13,630 nucleotides of DNA, taken from positions 1 to 13,630 of the forward strand of contig JAWOBF010000026.1 in NCBI GenBank assembly GCA_046498225.1, written 5' to 3'. The position numbers were made by a program, and so were the translations under genes. The notes below the pieces were generated by a model, which worked only from the letters and a program-made list of their open reading frames with translations, was not told the DNA's origin and ran no database searches. The DNA comes from Candidatus Aegiribacteria sp. (GTDB lineage: Bacteria; Fermentibacterota; Fermentibacteria; Fermentibacterales; JCC-6). Of this stretch, positions 1 through 6,958 are shown in pieces. Within the stretch, counting starts at the first letter, position 1, and each line of letters begins with the position of its first letter.

Positions 1-171
1 GAAGCATACAGTATCATATCGGAGCTGAAACTGGGCAAGAACACCCTCGAAGGCTTCATAGATCTTTACGGGAAGCTGCTTTCCGCCGGATACTCCGGCG
101 ACGAAGTTCCCCTTCCGGCCCACTGGGAGCCCATCGAAGAACAGCCGCTGAGTTCAGAGCAGGCGGACTGA
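1..171 (+). CDS. 3' end of an unidentified protein (partial, ...EAYSIISELKLGKNTLEGFIDLYGKLLSAGYSGDEVPLPAHWEPIEEQPLSSEQAD*)
   Basis: Frame 1 is open from base 1 to TGA at 169-171, with host-like GC-rich third codon positions. Family not recognised. Confidence 0.7.
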   Translation, partial: EAYSIISELKLGKNTLEGFIDLYGKLLSAGYSGDEVPLPAHWEPIEEQPLSSEQAD

Positions 172-272
172 AAGTCACAGAAAAAGTGGGACTTGATCTT
201 GCAATCCGGCAGGAATATCTTTGTTTTAACTATAATGGCGAAGATATGTGTTATGTATAATACTGATATTAC

Positions 273-725
273 CTATAAATTAATAGCAACCCACTCATCA
301 TATGACAACCTCATCTCAATTCTACCTGGCACACCCTCCTTGACTTTTTCTATTGGATTTGGGCGATACACTGAGGCCATATATGGCGGACTATGTGTCC
401 GAAGGAACTTTCCAATTCTCGGAATTGTTTGAACAAAGTTAGTAGCTAACTCCGCATGTGTTGTAGAACCAGCAAGGACTAATAACGCAACACCAGCCCT
501 CATAATCATATCTCGTTCTTCTGACACATAACGGATTCTCTTGTTATGGGTTAGTGCTATCCAATCTTTTTTACCAATCTCGCATAACCACTCCGTGTCC
601 AATGTCGTTGGAGAGAACAAATCGTCATGCCGAACTACAGATAGTCCAGCATCAGATAACATTTGTGGTACTTGATTACCTAAATCCCTGTCAGTGAAAA
701 AGGTGAACTCAGGCAGCGGATTCAT
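273..725 (-). CDS. PIN-like domain toxin, VapC45/Rv2019-like (150 aa)
   Basis: Motifs FFTDRDLG, HDDLF...DTEW and IALTHNKRIRY..ER match the VapC45-type PIN-like pattern. Start reassigned to ATG at 725 (MNPLPEF), which overlaps the end of the antitoxin gene by 17 nt. Confidence 0.85.
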   Translation of the reverse strand: MNPLPEFTFFTDRDLGNQVPQMLSDAGLSVVRHDDLFSPTTLDTEWLCEIGKKDWIALTHNKRIRYVSEERDMIMRAGVALLVLAGSTTHAELATNFVQTIPRIGKFLRTHSPPYMASVYRPNPIEKVKEGVPGRIEMRLSYDEWVAINL

Positions 726-1437
726 ACAAGATTGCTTCTTCAATCTCGTACTCTTCAAGTCCATAGTCATCCATGACCGCTTTAGGATCTTCACCCGATT
801 CAATTCGCTTGTAAACCGCTAGAGTGGAAACCCCGGCTCTTCGTATTATAGCTCTTCCAAAAGAGATGAAGGGTGACAAGGAGATAATCGGACTTACTAA
901 ATGACCATGACTTCGCTCGAAGGGTTGGAATTCATAAGGTAACTTGCTTTCGTCAAACTCAATACGAGAAAGGTATTCTTTTAGCACTCCCTTAATTGCG
1001 TATTGCTTAGCGGGAGACAACTCCATTAAATGGGTGTACCGATCGAGAAATAGTTGGCCAGCAGAAGTTCGAAGGTCTGGACTAATGAGAAGATGGTCAA
1101 TACCGAATTCTTTCTCTGCAATATCTATCGCTTCTCTAACATGTCTAAGAGAGACTTTATGGAGTGTCCTAAGGGCACGTAGAATATGAGCCTCAATGAT
1201 ATTGGCGAATGATAGTCTACTGTCCTGCTCAGATGGTCTATCAATTACTGGTTCAAAGTAGCCTTCATCGTAGGTCCTGTTGTATGATTGTCCAACTACC
1301 CAAGCTCTAAGAGTACTCACTGGAATACCTGTAGCGCGTGCCCCATCTGGAAAGCTATACCTTGGAAGATGGCGAGGATCTACTCCACCATAAAGTTCAA
1401 AATTACCAAGATCACGTCCTACTAGGTTTCTATTCAT
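709..1437 (-). CDS. HTH + DUF433 antitoxin, VapB45/Rv2018-like (242 aa)
   Basis: N-terminal HTH (YSFPDGARATGIPVSTLRAW), central LSFANIIEAHILRALR, C-terminal DUF433 (FGRAIIRRAGVSTLAVYKRIESGEDPKAVMDDYGLEEYEIEEAILYE). SD GGGAGG 4 nt upstream of ATG. Lies directly upstream of the PIN gene. Confidence 0.88.
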   Translation of the reverse strand: MNRNLVGRDLGNFELYGGVDPRHLPRYSFPDGARATGIPVSTLRAWVVGQSYNRTYDEGYFEPVIDRPSEQDSRLSFANIIEAHILRALRTLHKVSLRHVREAIDIAEKEFGIDHLLISPDLRTSAGQLFLDRYTHLMELSPAKQYAIKGVLKEYLSRIEFDESKLPYEFQPFERSHGHLVSPIISLSPFISFGRAIIRRAGVSTLAVYKRIESGEDPKAVMDDYGLEEYEIEEAILYESAA

Positions 1438-1471
1438 TGATCCTCCCGTCCACTAAAAAAATTGCCTTTTT

Positions 1472-1549
1472 GTAATCTCGATTACCCTATCTATGGTATC
1501 ATAATTACCTCAACGACAAAAACTAAAGGACAATAGAAATATTGTACAA
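1472..1549. promoter_or_regulatory. Palindromic candidate operators upstream of the TA operon
   Basis: GTAATC-TC-GATTAC (1472-1485), ACAATA-GAAA-TATTGT (1530-1545) and TTGTACAA (1542-1549). A minus-strand TATGAT -10-like hexamer lies between them. Confidence 0.45.
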
Positions 1550-1686
1550 ACCGAAGGTAAATTCAAGCCTCAGTCATTGGATTCGCTATACTCTTGGTGA
1601 TTTCTGGATTGTAGCTTCAAAGCTAGACAATCATTCTCTCTGTCAAGGACCGGGTAGTATTCCCCAAACCGGGGTTAGTTGTGAGA

Positions 1687-2283
1687 CTATCTGAAGATGA
1701 CTTCCATTCCGGCGTATTCCGAGAGGACGGGAGCGAAGCCGTTGAGTCGGGATATGATGCCGGACCTCTCCGGAAGCAGGCCTTCCGAAGCTACGAACTC
1801 CATGGCCACGGAGTCCATCTGCGCAAGAAGCGCCTTGTGCATGTCGTAGCCGGACATCTGGTCGTAGAGCCATACAAGCCCGGATGTCTTGGTGTAGAGT
1901 TCCGCAGAGGCCAGGTCCGGGGACATCTCCAGGAGTTCCACATCGGGCAGGTTGACAGTGAGCGTGCCTGAGTCCTGTACGAGGGAGTCGGGTGTGAGGA
2001 CCGACAGGTCCAGGCCGAAAATGTAGGATACCTTCATGATGAGCAGGCCCTCCCTGTTCCCGAGGAGCATGCTGTTTTCAGTGATGTCGGTGTATATGTA
2101 GGTGGTTATCCGGTCCGTGGCCAGGAACATGATGCTCTCGGACTTTAGGACCTGCAGGATGGATGTGGCGCTTCTGGAGACCCCGAATACACCGCGCAGA
2201 TCCATAATGTCCGTGACCGAGAGAAAGATGGCCAGGACCATGAGGAAGACCAGGAATACGGCGAGGCCGGCAAGTCTTTTCAT
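1687..2283 (-). CDS. DUF4230-like membrane-anchored protein (198 aa)
   Basis: N-terminal TM segment followed by the ...YIFGLDLS...TLTVNLPDVELL pattern typical of DUF4230. Confidence 0.7.
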   Translation of the reverse strand: MKRLAGLAVFLVFLMVLAIFLSVTDIMDLRGVFGVSRSATSILQVLKSESIMFLATDRITTYIYTDITENSMLLGNREGLLIMKVSYIFGLDLSVLTPDSLVQDSGTLTVNLPDVELLEMSPDLASAELYTKTSGLVWLYDQMSGYDMHKALLAQMDSVAMEFVASEGLLPERSGIISRLNGFAPVLSEYAGMEVIFR

Positions 2284-2290
2284 ATTTTAC

Positions 2291-2362
2291 TCAGCACTGG
2301 ACAAACCGAAGTATGATGATGACGGCAACGATAATCACTACTGCTATCACGATCCTGCTCAT
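2291..2362 (-). CDS. 23-aa single-transmembrane microprotein MSRIVIAVVIIVAVIIILRFVQC
   Basis: ATG at 2362 is preceded by SD GAGGGGTG and a 6-nt A-rich spacer. There are 15 consecutive aliphatic residues flanked by Arg. The stop lies 7 nt before the DUF4230 ATG, and the ORF is downstream of a good promoter. Confidence 0.65.
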   Translation of the reverse strand: MSRIVIAVVIIVAVIIILRFVQC

Positions 2363-2394
2363 TGTTTTCACCCCTCTGTTGAAAGCTCTGTTTG

Positions 2395-2423
2395 ATTATC
2401 GGGATGCAGGCATGGTCTGTCAA
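2395..2423 (-). promoter_or_regulatory. sigma70-type promoter TTGACA-N17-GATAAT for the microprotein-DUF4230 unit
   Basis: Perfect -35 (2418-2423), 17-nt spacer, 5/6 match at -10 (2395-2400). Confidence 0.65.
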
Positions 2424-2460
2424 CCGCACGGCTGATATTTCTGCGGGGGCACGGGAACAT

Positions 2461-2488
2461 TTGTGCAATGGTGAGTTCAGCATATAAT
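2461..2488 (+). promoter_or_regulatory. sigma70-type promoter TTGTGC-N16-TATAAT for the thioredoxin gene
   Basis: Perfect -10 at 2483-2488 and a TTG-initiated -35 at 2461-2466. Divergent from the previous promoter. Confidence 0.5.
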
Positions 2489-2535
2489 ATCAGTTCAGTA
2501 GGATTTATTAACCCGGTCATGATTCGGAGATGTTT

Positions 2536-2805
2536 ATGGGCAGCAGCGTGAAGGTCCTGGGAACTGGCTGCACGAAGTGCAGCGAGCTCTATCACAACAC
2601 CGTGCAGGCAATGAACAATCTCGGTATCGATGAGGATATCGAGATGGTAACGAATGACAACGACATCATCAACTACGGTGTAGCGGTAACTCCCGCGCTG
2701 GTACTGGACGATATGGTATGGACTTCCGGGGATGTCCCGTCCGTGGAGGGTTTGGAGGAGATATTCAGGAAGAGGGAGTCCATGAGGAAAGGCAGCTCTC
2801 GGTAA
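2536..2805 (+). CDS. Small redox-active disulfide protein, MTH895/Thioredoxin_3 family
   Basis: VKVLGTGCTKC (CxxC), YGVAVTPALVLD (cis-Pro loop) and G.VPS motifs. SD GGAG at 2526-2529 favours ATG 2536 over ATG 2530. Confidence 0.88.
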   Translation: MGSSVKVLGTGCTKCSELYHNTVQAMNNLGIDEDIEMVTNDNDIINYGVAVTPALVLDDMVWTSGDVPSVEGLEEIFRKRESMRKGSSR

Positions 2806-2826
2806 GGGTCTTTCGCGTATTCCAGC

Positions 2827-2849
2827 GGCCGGGTCAGTCCGGCCCGGCC
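2827..2849. terminator. GC-rich hairpin at a convergent gene junction (possible terminator)
   Basis: GGCCGGGTC-AGTCC-GGCCCGGCC forms a 9-bp stem with one G-U pair. No long U tract. Confidence 0.3.
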
Positions 2850-4030
2850 TTGACAGCTTCGGCCAGGTAACCGTACTGGGAGAGGGAGTTGTACAGCTGG
2901 CAGCTGAACCGGAGGAAGCGCCCCGGAGGGCTGGCGGTGAAGATCACAGGGACCTCTATGTCCCTCTCCCGCCTGAGCCATGCCTGCAGGGGGTCTATGC
3001 CCTCCGGAGGGGGAAGCGTCGAAGGCGGCTTCCACGGAAGCATGACCGAGCCCATGGAGCCCAGCATATCCGGGGGACAGGGAGGGGCGAGTCCGGTCTC
3101 CCGGCTTATAAGCTCCGAGGCCCTGACAGCCAGGCCATGGTTGTCACTCATTATTCCCCTCCACCCTTCCGGGTGGAGCTTTTCCATGTAATCGATGGCG
3201 AACGGTAAGGCCATCCTGGGAGTGGGGTCTATGGTGCCGTTCCAGGAGAACTCCACCTGGAACTGTGACATGTCCAGTTTGAAATCGGTGTGGAAATGGC
3301 TTATCACCGCCGGGCGGAAGTTCTTCTGCCTGTCGGGCCGGACGTGGAGTATGGCCGCTGTCTTCGGTGTGCACATCCACTTGTGGCAGTTGCCGGTGTA
3401 GTAGGCGGCCCCGAGTTCTTGAAGGTTAAGCGGCAGCATGCCCGGGCCGTGGGCCCCGTCCACCAGGAGGTCTATTCCCAGCCGGTCCAGGCGGGCTGAC
3501 AGCTCCTTCACCGGAAAGACCATTCCGGTGGGGCTTGATACGTGGTCCACCAGTACCAGGGCTGTCTTCTCCGTCACCCGCGCCATGATGGAATCCAGGA
3601 GCTGGCCGGGACTTTCCACCGGGACTTCCAGGGGCACCTCCACCACCCTCGCTCCGGCCCTTTCCGCGTGGAAACGCAGGGCGTTGCGGGAGGCGAAGTA
3701 CTCCTGGCCTGTGGTGAGCAGTTCGTCCCCGGGGCGGAATGTCCGGTTGGACAGCACCGTGTTCACCCCGGTGGTTGTGTTGGGAACAAGTACTACGGAA
3801 CCCCTCTGGGCGCCGGTGAAATCCTCCAGCAGCCTCAGTATGTCCGGCAGGGCCGGCATGTATTTCCTGAGAATGAAATCGAGGGGCTGGCTTTCCATTT
3901 CACGCAGAAGGGACCTTCTGAAACGGGACACCGCCGAGGGACAGGCGCCGAAGGAGCCGTGGTTCAGAAATACCGTATCCCCGGACAGGCTCCATTCGTC
4001 CGCGTACCGGCTATAGCGGGGTCTGGTCAG
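2834..4030 (-). CDS. Class V PLP-dependent enzyme, isopenicillin N epimerase (CefD)/cysteine desulfhydrase/Egt2-like (about 398 aa, proposed CTG start)
   Basis: PNTTTG, DHVSSPTG, DGAHGPG, GNCHKW (PLP lysine) and W.GT.D motifs. The conserved W.L....FLNHGSFGACP motif is encoded in frame upstream of the GTG at 3931. Confidence 0.85.
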   Translation of the reverse strand: MTRPRYSRYADEWSLSGDTVFLNHGSFGACPSAVSRFRRSLLREMESQPLDFILRKYMPALPDILRLLEDFTGAQRGSVVLVPNTTTGVNTVLSNRTFRPGDELLTTGQEYFASRNALRFHAERAGARVVEVPLEVPVESPGQLLDSIMARVTEKTALVLVDHVSSPTGMVFPVKELSARLDRLGIDLLVDGAHGPGMLPLNLQELGAAYYTGNCHKWMCTPKTAAILHVRPDRQKNFRPAVISHFHTDFKLDMSQFQVEFSWNGTIDPTPRMALPFAIDYMEKLHPEGWRGIMSDNHGLAVRASELISRETGLAPPCPPDMLGSMGSVMLPWKPPSTLPPPEGIDPLQAWLRRERDIEVPVIFTASPPGRFLRFSCQLYNSLSQYGYLAEAVKAGPD

Positions 4031-4491
4031 CGTGGCGAATACCTTCCCTTGAGAGTGGCGGTACCCAGGACGTGACCTTCCAGGGCTTCCAGCACATCCG
4101 AATGTGAAGCGCCGCCGGGAAGGCTGAGCCTGCTGTCCAGGGCGTAGAGTTTGAAGTTCAGCTCCTGGTCGGGAATTGTCTCGTCGGGGCCGTCCCAGCC
4201 CACTCCGCCGAAACTGTTGACCCCCTGCAGGGATCCGTCGTGAAAGACGCTGCCGTGGGGCTGCTTGCCCTGAATGCCCGTGGAATCACCGGGGATGTTG
4301 TACACGATCCAGTGGCAGTATTCCCTGCCGGTCTCCCTGTCGGCGCAGGTGACTATCAGAGCGAAGCTGGAAGTGCCGGAAGGCGGGTCGGCCCATCCCA
4401 GGGGCGGTGACGAGTTCACGCTTGGCCTCGCGTACCACGGAGGAATGAAGTCCTTATCCTTGAAGGCGCTGCTCGACAATCTGAAGGACAT
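4027..4491 (-). CDS. YbhB/YbcL family (PEBP/RKIP-like) protein, divergent (154 aa)
   Basis: LSSSAFKD, SPPLGW..PPSGT.SFALIV, HWIVYNIP, QGVNSFG and FKLYALD motifs. SD GGGAGG. Confidence 0.88.
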   Translation of the reverse strand: MSFRLSSSAFKDKDFIPPWYARPSVNSSPPLGWADPPSGTSSFALIVTCADRETGREYCHWIVYNIPGDSTGIQGKQPHGSVFHDGSLQGVNSFGGVGWDGPDETIPDQELNFKLYALDSRLSLPGGASHSDVLEALEGHVLGTATLKGRYSPR

Positions 4492-4528
4492 TGAACCTCC
4501 CTTAACTGAATGCGATTTCTACAAATAA

Positions 4529-4556
4529 AATATACATCAAGCCGGGGCGCGCGCAA
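4529..4556 (-). promoter_or_regulatory. Possible promoter TTGCGC-N16-TATATT for the ybhB-like/PLP enzyme pair
   Basis: AT-rich intergenic patch with partial consensus hexamers. Confidence 0.4.
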
Positions 4557-4568
4557 TAGGCTGCCGGA

Positions 4569-5456
4569 TCAGCCGTCCGGTTCAAGTCTTACCAGGGCGT
4601 CCACCACGCCGGGGCCGGACCGGCGCAGCTCCTCCTCCACCCTGCGGGATATTTCGTAGGCCTCCCGCATGGGCATGGAAGCGTCCACCACTATGTGCAT
4701 GTCGGTCTGAATGCCCTCTCCCTGGTACCTTGTCCTCAGGTCGTGCACGTCCCTTACACCCTGGATGGACAGGGCTATCCTCCTGAGCTCTTCCACTATC
4801 TCCTTCGGTGCCGCGGTGTCCGAGAGCTGCCAGAGAGCGGGACGGAGGATACCGTAGCCCATCTTCAGCACGAACAGCGAGACCACCACCCCTCCTATGC
4901 CGTCCAGCAGTATCAGGGAATCGTCCAGCCTGGCCGCGAGGACCACGATGGCCACAGGAATGGAGCTGTATACGTCCGACCGCTGGTGCATGGCGTTGGC
5001 CGCCAGGGCGGCGGACTTCAGGCTCCTGGCGGTGCTGAGGGTCCATCGGGAAAGGAGGCCCTTGATGACTATTGCCATCAGGGCCACGGCGAAGGCGGTC
5101 CATCCGGGAGGAGCGTCCGGGGGGGACACCACGGAGCCGAAGGACTGCCAGCCTATGTAGAGGCCGGTTACAAGGATGAAAGCCCCTATGAATCCGGACA
5201 CCAGCGTCTCTATCCTGGCATGGCCGTGGGGATGGCTGCTGTCGCTGGGCCTGGTCCAGAAACGGGCTCCAACGATGATGGCAATATCCGTGCAGCTGTC
5301 CGACAGGCTGTGCACGCCGTCCGCGGTCAGAGCATGGCTGCCGGCAAGGAACCCCCCGGCCAGCTTGGAGAGCGAGAGGAACAGGTTCGCGGCCAGCGCC
5401 GCGGCGGTTATCCTGGTGGTCTTCTTCAGCACCCTGTTCATGGATGAGGACTTCAT
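4569..5456 (-). CDS. Cation diffusion facilitator (FieF-like) transporter (295 aa)
   Basis: GSHALTADGVHSLSD (HxxxD), HPHGHARIE, HQRSD (HxxxD) and a C-terminal dimerisation domain (VHDLRTR, DMHIVVD). ATGA overlap with the M20 gene stop. Confidence 0.93.
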   Translation of the reverse strand: MKSSSMNRVLKKTTRITAAALAANLFLSLSKLAGGFLAGSHALTADGVHSLSDSCTDIAIIVGARFWTRPSDSSHPHGHARIETLVSGFIGAFILVTGLYIGWQSFGSVVSPPDAPPGWTAFAVALMAIVIKGLLSRWTLSTARSLKSAALAANAMHQRSDVYSSIPVAIVVLAARLDDSLILLDGIGGVVVSLFVLKMGYGILRPALWQLSDTAAPKEIVEELRRIALSIQGVRDVHDLRTRYQGEGIQTDMHIVVDASMPMREAYEISRRVEEELRRSGPGVVDALVRLEPDG

Positions 5457-6775
5457 GCTGAGCAGACCCGCCTTACATACTCACGGTAGAAGGTTACCGC
5501 CCTGCGGTAGTCCCCTGTGGATATCGATTCCCCCCGGGAGTGAAGGGCGGAGAGACCGCGGGCGCCCAGGTGCACCGGCTGGAACCTGTAGACATTGTCA
5601 GCCAGTGAGCAGTAGTGGCGGGAATCGGTTGCGGCGGGAAATATTCCCGGGACCACCGGGGTTCCCGGCCAGCTTTCCTTCAAGGCATCTTTGATGGCCC
5701 GGTACTCGGGTGTGGCGGCGGAGGATACAACGGAGGGCTGGTGTATGTGGCGGTCATCCTCGAATTCCACCGTTATGTCCAGGTCCCGGACGGTTTCCCG
5801 CACGTGGCTCATTATGCTGCTTGAATGATCGCCGGGCACCGCCCTGAAATTGACCAGTGCCCGGGGCCTTCCGGGCAGCACGTTCTCCTTGTCGCTCCCC
5901 TTCAGCATTGTAATTGCTGTCGTGGTCCTCACCAGGGCGTTGCCGGCGGGATATTTTTCCAGTTCGGCCATCATCTCCGGGGGAGAATACGTTTTTTTAT
6001 CACGGTCCCGGAACATGTGCGCGGTTCTCTCCAGCATCATCCTCACCGGTTCGCACAGCAGGGGTTCCATCTGCCGGTCCTCAAGACGGGCCAGGGCGCG
6101 GCACAGTCTTCCGGCCGCGGTAACGGTGGGCGGGACCGAGGCGTGGCCCTGCTCTCCCGCGGCCGTGAGCCTGAGTGTGAGGTAGCCCTTCTCCGCCAGG
6201 CCGACCACTGCCACATCCCCGTCCAGCCAGGGGTAGCTGTAGATGTACCCTCCCTCGTCCAGGACCGACCTGAGGCGGACACTTCTCTTCCTCAGGACTT
6301 CCACTATTCCGGCGGCTCCGGAGTCTCCCCCGGTCTCCTCATCGTGACCGAAGGCAAGGATTATCGTCCTCGAGGGCCTGAAACCCTCCTCCATCAGCTC
6401 CTCGCAGGCCTCCAGCATGCCGGATACTCCCAGCTTGTAGTCTATGGTCCCCCTTCCCCATATCCTTCCATCGGCCACCGCGCCGGAGAAGGGCGGGTGG
6501 GGCCAGCCTTCGCCGGCCTCCGCAGGCACCACATCCAGGTGGGCGGTGAGCATGACAGGCTCCAGGGATTCATCGCTTCCATCAAGGGTGTACAGCAGGC
6601 TGGCTTCCGCCACCGTCTCCCTGCGGAAGGAACGATGAACGGAGGGGAACAGCTCCCGGAGCAGCGCGGCCATTTCTTTGAAGGGTCCGATATCTGCAGG
6701 CTGCCCGGGCTGCCGGGAAACGGTCCTCAGCTGAATTATCCTGGAGAACCTGTCCAGTCTTCGGGAAGGCGGCAA
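5453..6775 (-). CDS. M20 family metallopeptidase/amidohydrolase, carboxypeptidase S/PM20D1-like (440 aa, TTG start)
   Basis: AHLDVVP, GRGTID, HDEETGG, DEGG, GHAS and ATDSRHY motifs plus a C-terminal His ligand (LHSRGE). SD AAGGA upstream of the TTG. Confidence 0.92.
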   Translation of the reverse strand: MPPSRRLDRFSRIIQLRTVSRQPGQPADIGPFKEMAALLRELFPSVHRSFRRETVAEASLLYTLDGSDESLEPVMLTAHLDVVPAEAGEGWPHPPFSGAVADGRIWGRGTIDYKLGVSGMLEACEELMEEGFRPSRTIILAFGHDEETGGDSGAAGIVEVLRKRSVRLRSVLDEGGYIYSYPWLDGDVAVVGLAEKGYLTLRLTAAGEQGHASVPPTVTAAGRLCRALARLEDRQMEPLLCEPVRMMLERTAHMFRDRDKKTYSPPEMMAELEKYPAGNALVRTTTAITMLKGSDKENVLPGRPRALVNFRAVPGDHSSSIMSHVRETVRDLDITVEFEDDRHIHQPSVVSSAATPEYRAIKDALKESWPGTPVVPGIFPAATDSRHYCSLADNVYRFQPVHLGARGLSALHSRGESISTGDYRRAVTFYREYVRRVCSA

Positions 6776-6898
6776 GGTTTTTCCTTTCCATCCTCGATAT
6801 CGTCAATGGCATCGCTGCCGAATACCGGTAAACGGAATAATACAACAAACGGCCGGCTGCTGCATGTTACAGGATTCCGGGGGCGGGCGGTCTGCATA

Positions 6899-6958
6899 CA
6901 GCGGTGTTCCGTTCCGGAGAGGGGCATTCCGGCGTGGACTGGTTCTACCGGACCGCTG
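6899..6958. other. 60-nt intergenic imperfect stem-loop
   Basis: CAGCGGT (6899-6905) pairs with ACCGCTG (6952-6958), with an inner CCGGAGA / TCTACCGG stem. It begins 12 nt after the stop of the zinc-ribbon gene. Confidence 0.35.

Larger units (their letters stand above)
190..1640. other. Low-GC horizontally acquired islet carrying a toxin-antitoxin pair
   Basis: Hand counts: lines 481 and 961 are 42% and 40% GC, versus 68% and 62% for lines 3001 and 8401. No integrase or transposase inside. Boundaries approximate. Confidence 0.75.

Noticed and set aside
193..432. 79-aa plus-strand ORF (and 944..1189) in the islet
   Set aside because: Antisense to the recognisable toxin and antitoxin genes, with no recognisable motif.
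726..803. N-terminal extension of the PIN ORF given in the ORF track
   Set aside because: It lies wholly inside the antitoxin gene. The PIN fold begins right after ATG 725.
172..1686. att sites, target duplication or terminal inverted repeats bounding the islet
   Set aside because: Comparing the two flanks by eye gave no convincing direct or inverted match.
2291..2296. TGC-TGA as a possible Cys-Sec readthrough in the microprotein
   Set aside because: The readthrough frame is out of frame with DUF4230 and gives an implausible sequence. No SECIS-like hairpin was recognised.
2834..4030. Beta-lactam or ergothioneine biosynthesis cluster suggested by the CefD/Egt2-like enzyme and nearby dacB
   Set aside because: No pcbAB/pcbC/cefE or egtB/egtD genes in the window. 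This enzyme family is widespread, and dacB is a housekeeping PBP.
4020..4050. -1 frameshift fusions at the CTGA junctions (also at 11791)
   Set aside because: No X XXY YYZ slippery heptamer before either stop, and both upstream proteins end at normal family length.
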